Shown: piece after piece, positions 30,235 through 41,301 of the stretch
How positions within the stretch are numbered: the stretch's first letter is position 1
Layout of the letters: each line of letters begins with the position of its first letter
NCBI GenBank assembly: GCA_001784585.1
Contig: MFRN01000041.1
Location: 5,318 to 69,317 of the forward strand
Direction of reading: 5' to 3'
Source: Candidatus Melainabacteria bacterium RIFCSPLOWO2_02_FULL_35_15
GTDB taxonomy: Bacteria; Cyanobacteriota; Vampirovibrionia; 2-02-FULL-35-15
DNA length: 64,000 nucleotides
Program-made: the position numbers and the translations under genes
Notes under the pieces: generated by a model
Seen by the model: the letters and a program-made list of their open reading frames with translations, nothing else
The model's database searches: none
Told to the model about the DNA's origin: nothing

Positions 30235-31173
30235 ATGAGAAGTATTCAAAATTTTAAAAATATTTTTATGGAACCTAAAATCATTTTATGCCTCATGATT
30301 TTAGTGTATTCTGTCTTTTCTTGTAATTATGCTCTGGCTTGGACAGTTGCACCAGTAAGATTTGAAATAAAGGGACAAAAAGGGAAAGAGTATACGCTAA
30401 CCTTTTCAGTTTTGAATGAAAGTCAGCTTTACGAGAAAAGATTTGAAATTCAGACTGATGACTGGATTATAAATAAAAACAATGATTTTCTAAGAAAAGC
30501 CTTTACTCCGGAAATTGAAAATAAATATTCAGCAACTTCATGGATAAAAGTTACACCTATGCAGTTTGTAGTGCCGCCGGGAGAAACAAAAAATATAAGG
30601 TTTACTATTTCTGTGCCAAACAATGTGTCAATTGATGGGGATTATTCAGCAGGAATTTTTGTCGGAGAAAAAAATATTGAAAAACCACCAAAAGGGGAAA
30701 AAGTAGTTCATATCAAACAAGATACTTTTATAGGAGTAATTGTTTATGTAAAACTGGGGGAAGAAAAACATTCTCTTACTTTAAAAAATTTAGAAGTAAA
30801 ATCAAAATCTGTATCAAACGGATTAAACAAAGTCACTATTTTGCCGACGTATGAAAGCCGGGGAAATGTTCACTCACGCGGGCAGATACAGGTAAAACTA
30901 GAGCCTCTTTCAAAGACAGCGGCAGAATCAGAAGATAACCCGGAACTCAATGCCGGTGAAGTAGTAATACTCAGAGAATCTGCAGTTACCTACCCAATCG
31001 ATCTTCCGGATCCATTACCTGTAAATAGTGAATGGAAAATTACAGTAAAAACTGATTTTGGCAGTTATACTCCTGTTTTAGTCGGGACAAAAACATACAA
31101 AGTGCCTTTGATAGAACAGAAACCAGAAACAAAAAAGCAAGAAACAGAGAAAAAAGAAATTAAGAAAAGTTAA
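30235..31173 (+). CDS. Exported Ig-fold protein, PapD-chaperone/DUF916-like
   Basis: Signal peptide, TVAPVRFEI, SWIKVTP..VPPGETKNIRFTISVP, GDY and GNVH motifs. Confidence 0.6.
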   Translation: MRSIQNFKNIFMEPKIILCLMILVYSVFSCNYALAWTVAPVRFEIKGQKGKEYTLTFSVLNESQLYEKRFEIQTDDWIINKNNDFLRKAFTPEIENKYSATSWIKVTPMQFVVPPGETKNIRFTISVPNNVSIDGDYSAGIFVGEKNIEKPPKGEKVVHIKQDTFIGVIVYVKLGEEKHSLTLKNLEVKSKSVSNGLNKVTILPTYESRGNVHSRGQIQVKLEPLSKTAAESEDNPELNAGEVVILRESAVTYPIDLPDPLPVNSEWKITVKTDFGSYTPVLVGTKTYKVPLIEQKPETKKQETEKKEIKKS

Positions 31174-31174
31174 T

Positions 31175-31651
31175 CTACACCCAGAGATTTCCTAAATATT
31201 CCAATGTTTTAAATCCTTCTCTGTAAGCCTTTAAAATTTTGTCGGCAACCGGGGGATAAAGAGTAATTTTTTCTAATTCTTCGATTGGTTTGAATGCTAC
31301 ATCTGCAAGCATGGGTTCAATTCCAAGTCTTAATTCACCACCAAGTACTTTACCTGTAGCATAAATATTTATTATATGCCTGCTTCTGTCCGGAGCAATT
31401 GCTTCAGATAAAAATACAATCTTTTCAAATTTAATATCCAGATTTGTTTCTTCTTTCAATTCTCTGACAGCACAGGTAGCAAAGTCCTCGCCATATTCTA
31501 TTCGTCCACCGGGTAAGACCCAGTAATATCTGCTTGCTTTTTTGTGCTGGACAAGTAATATTTCTTTGTTTTCATTGACAATAATCACTGAAACCCTGAA
31601 ATTTGGTCTTTGAGCAAAATTTTTTCTTGTACTGAAATTAGAATTTGACAT
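31175..31651 (-). CDS. NUDIX hydrolase
   Basis: PGGRIEYGEDFATCAVRELKEETNL Nudix box. Confidence 0.9.
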   Translation of the reverse strand: MSNSNFSTRKNFAQRPNFRVSVIIVNENKEILLVQHKKASRYYWVLPGGRIEYGEDFATCAVRELKEETNLDIKFEKIVFLSEAIAPDRSRHIINIYATGKVLGGELRLGIEPMLADVAFKPIEELEKITLYPPVADKILKAYREGFKTLEYLGNLWV

Positions 31652-31790
31652 TTTTTATATATGGCACAAAACAAGTTTGCGCTTCTCTCAGTCATACTTC
31701 TCGTTTGATCGGCTTTGCCAAATGGCGAATAAACTATGTTTATTATACACGATTAAACAATAAATTAAACGTATACGTTAATATTTTTAC

Positions 31791-33119
31791 ATGGCAGTCT
31801 CATTTTTAAATTTATTAGACAAATTCAGACCTCATAGGATCTATAAACCATCTCCATTCCTTGGTATAGCTCAATTTTTAGTTCTTGCTTTTTTCTGGTT
31901 TTTGATTATTTATGGAGCCACTGCAATTACCACAATTTTGTTTGCTAAATTTATCCCGGAGACCCTGTATAACTTAAAACTTTTTGCACTTGCTGATGTG
32001 ATTTACTATCTTGCTCCTTTAATTGCAGTTATGGTTCTTATTCCTGCAAACGCTACCTTTCTGGTTTTGAATGAAAGAAAAATCCTAGCCTTGCTCACAG
32101 TCAGACTCGGACCAAACCGTGTCGGACCAAATGGTTTTTTACAGACTATTGCAGATGCAATAAAGCTTTTATTTAAAGAAGATGTTACTCCAAAAGGTGC
32201 TGACAGACTGCTTTTCACTTTGGCACCGGTAATATTTTTTGCACCGAGCGTTATTGCATTTATTCCGATTTTAGCTTGTGCAACCGGTAATATTGGTCCA
32301 TTTATCTCATGTGATTTATCGATTGGACTGCTTTTTATTCTGGCTATTTCATCAATCCCTGTGTTAGGACTTGTTCTTGGCGGCTGGGCCAGCAATAATA
32401 AATATTCTTTAATAGGCGGTTTACGCAGTGCGGCACAATCAATCAGCTATGAAATCCCGATGGTTTTAACCATTATTAGCATGATTGTTCTGACTGGTTC
32501 AATTAATTTAAATGAAATCGCAAATAACCAGTCCGGAGGGATTTTAAACTGGAACTTATTTGCTTTTGGAAATATGCCATTAATTTTAAATTTATTTCCT
32601 CCCGGGGAAAATTCATTAATTGGTTTATATGGACTTGTACTTTTAATAACCTGTTTCATTTTATTTTTTATGTATCTTATTTCTGCATGCGCTGAAGTAA
32701 ACAGAATTCCATTTGACCTTCCGGAAGCTGAAAGCGAGCTGGTTTCAGGATATAATACTGAGTTTACCGGAATGAAATTTGCACTTTTTTTCTTAGCTGA
32801 ATATACTGCACTTTTTATAATCTGCTGTCTGGCTTCAATTCTGTTTCTGGGCGGGGGACATCTTCCTGTATCACTTGGATTTGAAAATAAAATAATGGAA
32901 TCTCTTTCTAATACACGATTTGGAGATTTGAGCTGGCTTTTACCATCGATAGTGCTGATGTTAAAAGCATATGTTTTAATTTTTGTGTCTGTCTGGGTAA
33001 GAGCTACATTGCCCAGATTACGCTATGATCAGCTTATGACTTTCAGCTGGAAGTTTTTAATCCCGCTTTCTTTGATAAATATTTTTGTAGTAGCTGTTTT
33101 AGTAAGCATAAAAATATGA
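31791..33119 (+). CDS. nuoH: NADH-quinone oxidoreductase subunit H (NdhA)
   Basis: ERKI..GPNRVGP.G.LQ.IADAIKL..KED, NNKYSL.GGLR, PFDLPEAESELV.GY.TE and PRLRYDQ motifs. Confidence 0.96.
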   Translation: MAVSFLNLLDKFRPHRIYKPSPFLGIAQFLVLAFFWFLIIYGATAITTILFAKFIPETLYNLKLFALADVIYYLAPLIAVMVLIPANATFLVLNERKILALLTVRLGPNRVGPNGFLQTIADAIKLLFKEDVTPKGADRLLFTLAPVIFFAPSVIAFIPILACATGNIGPFISCDLSIGLLFILAISSIPVLGLVLGGWASNNKYSLIGGLRSAAQSISYEIPMVLTIISMIVLTGSINLNEIANNQSGGILNWNLFAFGNMPLILNLFPPGENSLIGLYGLVLLITCFILFFMYLISACAEVNRIPFDLPEAESELVSGYNTEFTGMKFALFFLAEYTALFIICCLASILFLGGGHLPVSLGFENKIMESLSNTRFGDLSWLLPSIVLMLKAYVLIFVSVWVRATLPRLRYDQLMTFSWKFLIPLSLINIFVVAVLVSIKI

Positions 33120-33658
33120 TAACCGTTTTAAAAAAGACAATTGAAGGAATCTATAACATTACAATAGGTATGCTTACTGTATTAAAACATATTGGCAGGA
33201 GGCCAATCACATCGTCATATCCTGAGGTAGTCCCGGAATTGTATCCAAACACAAGACACAGACTGGCTTTAACAGTAAATCCGGATACAGGTGAGCATCT
33301 GTGCATTGCCTGTAAACAATGTGAAAGAATTTGCCCTGACACTTGCATAACAGTTATAGGTGATCCTGAAAAAAAGGGTGTTATAAAAGATTTTTACCTG
33401 GATCACGGGCTTTGCATGTTCTGTGGACTGTGTACTGAAGTTTGTCCTACAAACTGTATTATTAACACAGTTGATTTTGAAATGAGTGAGTATACAAGAG
33501 AAGATTTAATTTATGACATTGACAGGTTAACTCTTACACAGGAACAATCCGGATTTTATTTTGATTTTAAAGGAATGCCAAAACCAAAGCCCAAGCCAGC
33601 TAAAGTACCTGCAGCAAAGCCACTAGCCGCAACTTCGGGGGAGAAAGGAACAGCATAA
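33116..33658 (+). CDS. nuoI: NADH-quinone oxidoreductase subunit I (NdhI)
   Basis: Two CxxCxxCxxxCP ferredoxin motifs; YPE; follows nuoH. Confidence 0.95.
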   Translation: MITVLKKTIEGIYNITIGMLTVLKHIGRRPITSSYPEVVPELYPNTRHRLALTVNPDTGEHLCIACKQCERICPDTCITVIGDPEKKGVIKDFYLDHGLCMFCGLCTEVCPTNCIINTVDFEMSEYTREDLIYDIDRLTLTQEQSGFYFDFKGMPKPKPKPAKVPAAKPLAATSGEKGTA

Positions 33659-34182
33659 TGGAAGTTTTAAAACCAATATTCAGCGATCCGGCATTTTTTG
33701 GACTTAGCCTGTTAGCAATACTTGGTGCATTTGGTGTAGTAATTGAAAAAAATATTGTAAGAGCCGGTTTTTCACTTGTAATTTGTTTTGGTGCAGTTGC
33801 CGGTACATACTTTGCTCTTAGAGCACCGTTTGTAGGAGCATCACAGATTTTAATTTATGCAGTAGGAATTACACTTATAGTTGTTTTTGCACTTATGCTG
33901 ACAAGCCAGAAACATGATCTGCCAAAACTAAAAGGTGAACCCACAAGAAACCTTATTAATGCAGTAATATCCACAGGTATCTTTGTTGTTTTTTCATATG
34001 CACTTACTGGAAACAAATGGTTTCCAGGCGAAATAATAAACTGTCCAAGAAACACTGAAGTAATAGGCTTAAAGCTGCTTGGTTACTATGCTCTGCCATT
34101 TGAACTAGTTTCAGTTTTATTACTTGCAGCTTTAATCGGTGCAATAGTTATTGCAAAACGCGATAAGAAAGAGGGAGGATAA
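33658..34182 (+). CDS. nuoJ: NADH-quinone oxidoreductase subunit J (NdhG)
   Basis: Hydrophobic; QILIYAVGI and [11 protein letters not shown] motifs. Confidence 0.93.
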   Translation: MEVLKPIFSDPAFFGLSLLAILGAFGVVIEKNIVRAGFSLVICFGAVAGTYFALRAPFVGASQILIYAVGITLIVVFALMLTSQKHDLPKLKGEPTRNLINAVISTGIFVVFSYALTGNKWFPGEIINCPRNTEVIGLKLLGYYALPFELVSVLLLAALIGAIVIAKRDKKEGG

Positions 34183-34565
34183 TGGGAAAATCTATTTTAA
34201 AAGTATTTGTAATTGGTACCCTGTTAGGATATTTTCTTTATCTTTCAGTAAATTTAACTTCTGCTCTGGAGAGATATATTATACTTTCAACTGCATTATT
34301 CAGCATTGGCATTTATGGATTAATTGCTTCAAGAAATGTAATTAGAATATTAATGTCCATTGAACTTTTATTAAATGCAGTAAATATAAACCTCGTGGCA
34401 TTTTCCAGCTATATAGATCCGCTTGAAATTAAAGGACAGATATTTGCACTTTTTGTCATGGCCATTGCAGCAGCAGAAGCTGCTATTGCACTTGCCATTA
34501 TCCTGGCGATTTACAGAAACATGTCATCGGTAGATATGGAAGATTTTGCTAGTTTGAAGTGGTAG
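34182..34565 (+). CDS. nuoK: NADH-quinone oxidoreductase subunit K (NdhE)
   Basis: [32 protein letters not shown]. Confidence 0.95.
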   Translation: MGKSILKVFVIGTLLGYFLYLSVNLTSALERYIILSTALFSIGIYGLIASRNVIRILMSIELLLNAVNINLVAFSSYIDPLEIKGQIFALFVMAIAAAEAAIALAIILAIYRNMSSVDMEDFASLKW

Positions 34566-35718
34566 CAATAGCTGCCTTTCTCTTCTTTTCAGTATCAGCT
34601 TTTAAATCATCTAAATTTAAGTCAAAAGATTTTGTTAAATCTTCAGTGAATTGTTCAATACTTTTATCTGCTGGTCTAAACATTCCAGCTACAATATTTT
34701 TCACAAGAAAATTTCTTGCATAATCAAATAGTCCATCAGCACCTTTTAAAATATCCACAAACCAGTCTTCTTTATGTCCTCTGTAATTTGGAGCTCTTTT
34801 ATCCGGAAAACTTTCATCATATCTGTCTTTGGTTGACCTTCTGCGATGCAGTGTTAAAAGTCTTTCTAAACCTTTCATAGGAGCTTCCCCAAGAGCTCCA
34901 GCTACAGATTTTGGAATATATCTTCCAAGCCACAGTGTCGATAGACATCCGCTAATTGCAGATGGAATATTTCCTGGAATAGCTCTTTCATTTATAACAT
35001 TTGCAAGTGCTCTTGCCAGCACTTTTTTACTAAACTTATTTTCTCCATCACTGAATTCTCTCTTATAGTCTATGCAATATCTCATGGTTTGGGATGTCAA
35101 GTGTGCAATCTGTTCAAATACAGTGTATCCGGCAGTTTTAAAAAAGCTTACATACCATGGATCTTCATAGTTCAGATTCATCCCGGGAATATTTTCTTCT
35201 TCTGCATCTTTTAGGGCATATGCACCACCTGCAAACAAACATGCATTAATAATTCCAAAAGTAAAAAAGTTTACATCTTTTTCTTCAGGATCCAAACCTA
35301 CAGTCTTTAATCCAAAATCAATTGGACGCTTTATATAGGCTTTAAAAAAGTTTTGTATAAAGTGAGGATTTTTGCTGCCATTAGCTGCTCTGCCTGGTGT
35401 ACTATTCTTACTATCATCTGAAGCAGAGAACCAGTGTATTAATGCTCCTATCATTTCCCCTGGAAAGTTTGCTATCTGTTCTGGAACAGCCGGAGCAAAT
35501 ATTCTCATTGTTTTTACAAACAAGGATCCGACTATTGTCTTCCAGAAAACTTCAGGACCTTCATCTGTCAGGCATTGCCTTGCTAGGTGGACTTTATTTG
35601 CAGATTCATCCTCAAGAGCAGCAACAGCAGCTTTAGGAAATGTGCTTCCCATAGAATCAAGCATGGCAGTCACACCTGTTCTAAAAAGGCTTCCAATACC
35701 AATAGAAGATAAACTCAT
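34549..35718 (-). CDS. Hypothetical protein (lineage-specific)
   Basis: 389-aa ORF with RBS-like AAGGAA; no motif recognised. Confidence 0.65.
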   Translation of the reverse strand: MSLSSIGIGSLFRTGVTAMLDSMGSTFPKAAVAALEDESANKVHLARQCLTDEGPEVFWKTIVGSLFVKTMRIFAPAVPEQIANFPGEMIGALIHWFSASDDSKNSTPGRAANGSKNPHFIQNFFKAYIKRPIDFGLKTVGLDPEEKDVNFFTFGIINACLFAGGAYALKDAEEENIPGMNLNYEDPWYVSFFKTAGYTVFEQIAHLTSQTMRYCIDYKREFSDGENKFSKKVLARALANVINERAIPGNIPSAISGCLSTLWLGRYIPKSVAGALGEAPMKGLERLLTLHRRRSTKDRYDESFPDKRAPNYRGHKEDWFVDILKGADGLFDYARNFLVKNIVAGMFRPADKSIEQFTEDLTKSFDLNLDDLKADTEKKRKAAIATTSN

Positions 35719-35946
35719 TTAGTTCCTTTTATGTTTTCCTAAAATAAAAACCTCGCTAACAAACACATCAACTATAATTTGTAGAATCTTATAGTTAAGT
35801 ATTTATTAACTTGGTAACTTAATCTTAGCAATACAGACATCTCCTTAATCAAGACTAAGTCTTAACTTTATTTTATTTTTGCCCAACAAAGACAAACTCT
35901 TGACTTTAAGATTAAGAAATTGAATTATAAAAAAAATATAAAGAAG

Positions 35947-36276
35947 TTATGCTTGGCCTGGAAACATGGATTGTAGTTTCATAGCCAGACCCATATCGCC
36001 AGCTACTCTTAGCTTTCCCATCATAAAGGCCATCTGACTGTTTAATTTCCCTTTTTGAATAGCAAGCCAGTCCTGGTCTGAAATTGAAATTGTAACTGAT
36101 GGACTACCTGCTACACCAGATTTTAATTCACACTTTCCATTACTTATATCTAAAGTCCATTTCCCGCCACCACTACCAGAAATATCAAAAACATAAGTAG
36201 CATTTAAATTCCCGGCAACTTCAGCTTTAAAAGATTGATACATTTTTTTCAATGATTCTTCACAAGTTTCTGTCAT
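35947..36276 (-). CDS. SCP2 sterol-binding domain protein
   Basis: FDISGSGGGKW..G.LNSQMAFMMGKLRVAGDMGLAMKLQ; AGGAG RBS. Confidence 0.9.
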   Translation of the reverse strand: MTETCEESLKKMYQSFKAEVAGNLNATYVFDISGSGGGKWTLDISNGKCELKSGVAGSPSVTISISDQDWLAIQKGKLNSQMAFMMGKLRVAGDMGLAMKLQSMFPGQA

Positions 36277-36576
36277 GCTTTTAAACTCCTATTTCTGAAT
36301 TTCTATTTACCCACTTCGTAAACTTACAATTAAATTATCATAACTAAGATAACAAGTCTTGTCATAAATTTACACCAAATAGCTTCATTTTGAATAAAAA
36401 AAATCAATTTATTCTTTAATGGTTAATTTTGTTTAAGTACAGAAGTGCTCTTTGGTTGATTAAAGATAAACATTAGTTTTAAATTTGAGAAACTACATTT
36501 AAAGATTATACGTCGGGGGAATAAATACTCAATGTGGATCTTTTTAATTTGCAAAGAACATATAAATACAAAAACC

Positions 36577-37146
36577 ATGAATAAAAATTCAAAATTAATA
36601 AAAATTATTGCATTCTTGTTTATATTAACTTCAATATTTCCCGCCGGTACCACAAATAAAAATTATGCACATGCAATTAATACAGTACAAATAAGCACTC
36701 CAATTAATTTTTGTGGTGAAAAGCTGGATTACACTTTTAAAGTATCAGACAAATTAATAGGAAGCGGAATAATAGATCTTACTCTGAAGAAAAATAAAAT
36801 TAAAGGAATTGCTACCGGTCTTGGCATGGCATGTCAGTGTAATGTAGATTTTAATACAAATATTGACGGTATTATAAATAAAAAAACCGGAAATATAAAT
36901 GTAAATGTCTGTGGAACAGGAAACCCTATTGGAATACTAATTCCCGGAAAGATTACTTTTAACGGTCCCTTAAAAGGATATATAAAGAATAAAATTCTTA
37001 CCCTGAAGGGCAAAGTAAACATAAAAGGTAAATTAGCAAGCCTCGGTGGATTTAAAAACAAAGAGGATATCCTTATAGAGATTCAGGGAGCCTCACTGGC
37101 AAATATCTTTAAAAAACAATTACATGAGAAATTAGCAGCTTTATAA
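36577..37146 (+). CDS. Hypothetical exported protein
   Basis: Signal-like N-terminus from ATG 36577; Gly-rich beta-strand pattern. Confidence 0.55.
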   Translation: MNKNSKLIKIIAFLFILTSIFPAGTTNKNYAHAINTVQISTPINFCGEKLDYTFKVSDKLIGSGIIDLTLKKNKIKGIATGLGMACQCNVDFNTNIDGIINKKTGNINVNVCGTGNPIGILIPGKITFNGPLKGYIKNKILTLKGKVNIKGKLASLGGFKNKEDILIEIQGASLANIFKKQLHEKLAAL

Positions 37147-37301
37147 TGCATTATCTTAAATTAACTAAAAAACACTATTAATACTGCACTCTATTGTCTT
37201 TACGAACGATTAAAATATATCCTTTCAGGGTCTATAAAACCTAAAGATAGGCACAACTCTTCTTCATTGTTACTATTAAAGTAAAAGGAAGTCCAAAATT
37301 T

Positions 37302-39941
37302 ATGTTTGAGCGATTTACAGAAAAAGCAATAAAAGTAATCATGCTGGCCCAGGAAGAAGCAAGAAGACTTGGACATAATTTTGTCGGCACAGAGCAAATT
37401 TTACTTGGCTTAATTGGTGAGGGCACAGGAATTGCTGCTAAAACCTTAAAGTCAATGGGTGTAAATTTAAAAGATGCCAGAATTGAAGTAGAAAAAATTA
37501 TAGGGCGTGGCAGTGGTTTTGTAGCAGTTGAAATTCCATTTACCCCGAGAGCAAAAAGAGTACTTGAACTTTCATGGGAAGAAGCCAGACAGCTTGGACA
37601 TAACTACATAGGAACAGAGCATCTTTTGCTTGGATTGATTCGTGAAGGTGAAGGTGTGGCTGCAAGGGTACTGGAAAATCTCGGGGTTGACCTTACAAAA
37701 GTCCGACAACATATTATCAGGCTTCTTGGTGAGACAGGTGCTACTGGTGCACAGGCAGGAGGTACAGGTACCGGAAGATCTAAAACACCAACCCTGGATG
37801 AATTTGGAATTAATTTAACACAAGCTGCAACTGAGAGCAGACTTGATCCTGTAGTAGGGCGTGAAAAAGAAATTGAAAGAGTTATTCAAATATTGGGAAG
37901 AAGAACAAAAAATAATCCTGTTTTAATTGGTGAGCCGGGTGTCGGGAAAACTGCAATCGCAGAAGGGCTTGCTCAAAAAATTTCAGCTGGTGAAATACCG
38001 GAGATTTTACAGGAGAAAAGAATTGTTCAGCTTGACATCGGACTTTTAGTAGCCGGTACAAAGTATCGCGGAGAATTTGAGGAAAGATTAAAAAAAATTA
38101 TGGATGAAATCCGTGGTGCCGGAAATGTAATTATTGTCATAGATGAATTACATACACTTATTGGTGCCGGTGCTGCTGAAGGTGCTATTGATGCTGCAAA
38201 TATTTTAAAACCCGCTCTGTCGCGAGGTGAATTACAGTGTATTGGCGCTACTACACTGGATGAATACAGAAAACATATTGAAAGAGATGCAGCCCTTGAG
38301 CGCAGATTTCAGCCGGTAATGATAGATGCACCGTCAGTAGAAGAATCTATCGAGATATTACGTGGCTTAAGATTAAAATATGAAGAACATCATAAATTGC
38401 TAATTTCAGATGCAGCACTTATTGCAGCAGCTATATTATCTGACAGATACATTAGTGACAGATTTTTACCGGATAAAGCAATTGACTTAATTGATGAAGC
38501 CAGCTCACGTGTCAGATTACAGGCTAGCTCGCTTCCGCCGGAAGGAAAAGAACTGGAGAAGGAACTTAGAGCAATAAGCAGGCAAAAAGAACAATCAATT
38601 CGCTCCCAGGAGTTTGAAAAAGCAAGTCAGCTTAGAGATAAAGAAGCAGAATTAAAAGATCAAATTAAAGATATCCAGGTAAAATGGAAAGAAACCCAGG
38701 ATAAAAATAAGCCTGTTGTCACAGATGTAGAAATTGCCCATATAGTAAGCTCATGGACAGGAATTCCTGTAGGGGATCTTACACAGGGTGAAACTGAAAG
38801 ACTTCAAAAACTTGAACATATTTTACATGAGAGGGTAATTGGTCAGGATGTAGCAGTTACTGCAGTTGCAAGAGCTATTAAACGTGCACGCGTGGGACTT
38901 AAAAATCCACAAAAGCCAATCGGCACATTTATGTTCTCAGGTCCTACAGGGGTAGGTAAAACAGAGCTTGCCAAAGCACTTGCAGTTTTCTTTTTTGGCG
39001 CTGAAGAAAACATTATCAGGGTTGACATGTCAGAGTATATGGAAAAACATACTGTCAGCAAATTAATCGGTTCACCACCAGGCTATGTAGGATATGGCGA
39101 AGGTGGTCAGCTTACTGAAGCAGTTCGCAGAAGACCATATAGTGTAGTTTTATTTGATGAAATTGAAAAAGCACATCCGGATGTATTTAATATACTCTTA
39201 CAGATGCTGGATGATGGTCGTCTAACTGACTCTAAAGGGCGAGTAGTTAATTTTAAAAATACAATTATAATTATGACCAGTAACGTAGGTGCAAGAAACA
39301 TAGAATCCTTACAACCACTGGGTTTTACGACTGAACTGTCTCAGGATCCAGAATCAATATATAAACGAATTAAATCAACTGTTACAGATGAAATGAAAAA
39401 GACATTCAGGCCTGAGTTTTTAAACAGATTAGATGATGTAATTATCTTCAAACATCTTACAAAAGAAGAATTACATAAGATTCTGGATTTAATGGTAAAA
39501 GAATTAGGAAAACGTGTCAGTGAAAAGAATATGGATCTGGAACTTTCGTCTGATGTAAAAGATAAACTTGTTAAAGACGGTTACAGTCAGGCTTATGGAG
39601 CACGTCCCATGAGAAGAACACTTCAAAAATTAATTGAAGATGCACTTGCCGAAGAAATTCTTGCCGGGAAATTTAAAGAAGGTGACAAAATAAGGGCAAC
39701 TGCAGTACCAAAAGATCAGGTACCCGAAGGAACAGCAATATTTAAAGATGATGCTTCCATTACTTCTGCAATGACCGGAAGTAAAGTTAAGAAGGAAGAT
39801 GATGGCCTTGTAATTATCTTTGAAAAATGCGGTACTGTTGAAATTAAAAATAAATATGAAAAAAAAGACGACATTCCACCTAAAATAGAAATCCCTAAAA
39901 AGGAAGAGCCACCTAAAGAGACAGCTAAAGCTGGGTCATGA
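37302..39941 (+). CDS. clpC: ATP-dependent Clp protease ATP-binding subunit
   Basis: [36 protein letters not shown] (cyanobacterial/plastid-type N-terminus), two Walker A motifs ([16 protein letters not shown]), UVR domain. Confidence 0.97.
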   Translation: MFERFTEKAIKVIMLAQEEARRLGHNFVGTEQILLGLIGEGTGIAAKTLKSMGVNLKDARIEVEKIIGRGSGFVAVEIPFTPRAKRVLELSWEEARQLGHNYIGTEHLLLGLIREGEGVAARVLENLGVDLTKVRQHIIRLLGETGATGAQAGGTGTGRSKTPTLDEFGINLTQAATESRLDPVVGREKEIERVIQILGRRTKNNPVLIGEPGVGKTAIAEGLAQKISAGEIPEILQEKRIVQLDIGLLVAGTKYRGEFEERLKKIMDEIRGAGNVIIVIDELHTLIGAGAAEGAIDAANILKPALSRGELQCIGATTLDEYRKHIERDAALERRFQPVMIDAPSVEESIEILRGLRLKYEEHHKLLISDAALIAAAILSDRYISDRFLPDKAIDLIDEASSRVRLQASSLPPEGKELEKELRAISRQKEQSIRSQEFEKASQLRDKEAELKDQIKDIQVKWKETQDKNKPVVTDVEIAHIVSSWTGIPVGDLTQGETERLQKLEHILHERVIGQDVAVTAVARAIKRARVGLKNPQKPIGTFMFSGPTGVGKTELAKALAVFFFGAEENIIRVDMSEYMEKHTVSKLIGSPPGYVGYGEGGQLTEAVRRRPYSVVLFDEIEKAHPDVFNILLQMLDDGRLTDSKGRVVNFKNTIIIMTSNVGARNIESLQPLGFTTELSQDPESIYKRIKSTVTDEMKKTFRPEFLNRLDDVIIFKHLTKEELHKILDLMVKELGKRVSEKNMDLELSSDVKDKLVKDGYSQAYGARPMRRTLQKLIEDALAEEILAGKFKEGDKIRATAVPKDQVPEGTAIFKDDASITSAMTGSKVKKEDDGLVIIFEKCGTVEIKNKYEKKDDIPPKIEIPKKEEPPKETAKAGS
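39924..39937 (+). repeat. 14-bp direct repeat, copy 1 (clpC 3' end)
   Basis: GCTAAAGCTGGGTC; identical copy at 41213-41226. Confidence 0.8.
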
Positions 39942-40014
39942 GAATTAAGCCTTAAATCACATATAATTATAGACCCGGTTGACAAACCATCCAAATTCGG
40001 CGAAAATGGAGTGT

Positions 40015-41199
40015 ATGCAATACATTCGTCGCTTGCTAGAAGATGAAATAAAAAAGACAATAAAACGTCAGAAGAGTATATTACTTTTAGGACCCAGACA
40101 AACAGGAAAGTCTACACTCATTAAACGCCTGGAATCAAATTTGTTCATATCACTTACAGATCCAAAGACAAGACAACGATATGAAAAGAATCCAGAACTT
40201 CTCGATGGCGAGATTAAAACCTTTACAGCTACTAAAAAAATAAAACTTCCTCTTATTGTAATCGATGAAGTACAAAAAGTTCCGGTTTTACTTGATGTAG
40301 CTCAAGAGATTATTGATAACCATGAGGGAATTTTTATATTTACTGGATCCTCAGCCAGAAAACTAAGAAGAGAAAGCAATGTAAATCTTTTGCCAGGCAG
40401 AGTTATTTCACTCAGATTAGATCCTTTGATAATAAGTGAGATAAAATCAAAAGAATTACTAGATATTTTAATGTATGGTTCATTACCAGGCATTGTAAAT
40501 CTTCCTCAGTCAAAGTTAAAAGAAGAAGAACTGGAATCTTATGTGACGACTTATCTGGAAGAAGAAGTACGTTCAGAAGCAATTGTTAGAAACTTAGGAC
40601 CTTTTGGCAGATTTTTAGAGCTTGCTGCTTCTGAATCAGGCAGTATTATAAATCTAAGAAAACTTTCACAGGAAATAGGTGTTTCACATACTACGATTGC
40701 TTCTTATTTCCAGATTCTTGAAGATTGTTTAATTATTGAAAGAATAGAACCCATAACTAAAAGTAAAACTAGAAAAAAATTAACAAAGGCAGAAAAATAT
40801 TTATTTTTTGATCTGGGTGTAAGAAGGGTAGCAGCTAGAGAAGGAATACAACAGCCGCGAGAAAGACTCGGTATGCTTTTTGAGCAGTTTATTGGACTTG
40901 AGTTAATCCGATGTTCCAGAATGAAAAGTAGAAAGTTTAAGCTAAGGTTTTGGAGGGATCCAGATGGGCCAGAAGTAGACTGGATTATTGATAATGGTGA
41001 TTCTTATGTTCCTATAGAAACAAAATGGACAGACTCTCCCACAAAGAGTGATATTAAACATTTAAAAGTATTTTTAGACGAATATAAAAACTCAAAAGCT
41101 GGTTATTTAATTTGCCAAACTCCAAGAAAAGTAATGCTGGATAAAAATATATTCGCCATGCCTTGGCAGGATGCTAACAGTCTCATTACAAGTGAGTAA
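40015..41199 (+). CDS. AAA+ ATPase with C-terminal DUF4143/PD-(D/E)xK-like domain (AAA_14 family)
   Basis: LLGPRQTGKST, IDEVQK, FTGSS, YGSLP, K.LFFDLG and EVDWI..PIETK motifs; TTGACA-17-GAAAAT upstream; start uncertain (39979/40006/40015). Confidence 0.88.
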   Translation: MQYIRRLLEDEIKKTIKRQKSILLLGPRQTGKSTLIKRLESNLFISLTDPKTRQRYEKNPELLDGEIKTFTATKKIKLPLIVIDEVQKVPVLLDVAQEIIDNHEGIFIFTGSSARKLRRESNVNLLPGRVISLRLDPLIISEIKSKELLDILMYGSLPGIVNLPQSKLKEEELESYVTTYLEEEVRSEAIVRNLGPFGRFLELAASESGSIINLRKLSQEIGVSHTTIASYFQILEDCLIIERIEPITKSKTRKKLTKAEKYLFFDLGVRRVAAREGIQQPRERLGMLFEQFIGLELIRCSRMKSRKFKLRFWRDPDGPEVDWIIDNGDSYVPIETKWTDSPTKSDIKHLKVFLDEYKNSKAGYLICQTPRKVMLDKNIFAMPWQDANSLITSE

Positions 41200-41212
41200 T
41201 TCAAAGGAACCG

Positions 41213-41226
41213 GCTAAAGCTGGGTC
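41213..41226 (+). repeat. 14-bp direct repeat, copy 2 (relic clpC 3' end)
   Basis: GCTAAAGCTGGGTC within AAG GAA CCG GCT AAA GCT GGG TCT TAA (KEPAKAGS*). Confidence 0.8.
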
Positions 41227-41301
41227 TTAATCTTTCTTGCCTTAATCCAGCATTCCATGCTATAAGTTTTATAATTCTTATACTTAATCCACAAAAAATT
41301 T

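Noticed and set aside
31661-31682. Sigma54 promoter (TGGCAC) upstream of nuoH
   Set aside because: The TTGC element is not at the required -12 spacing
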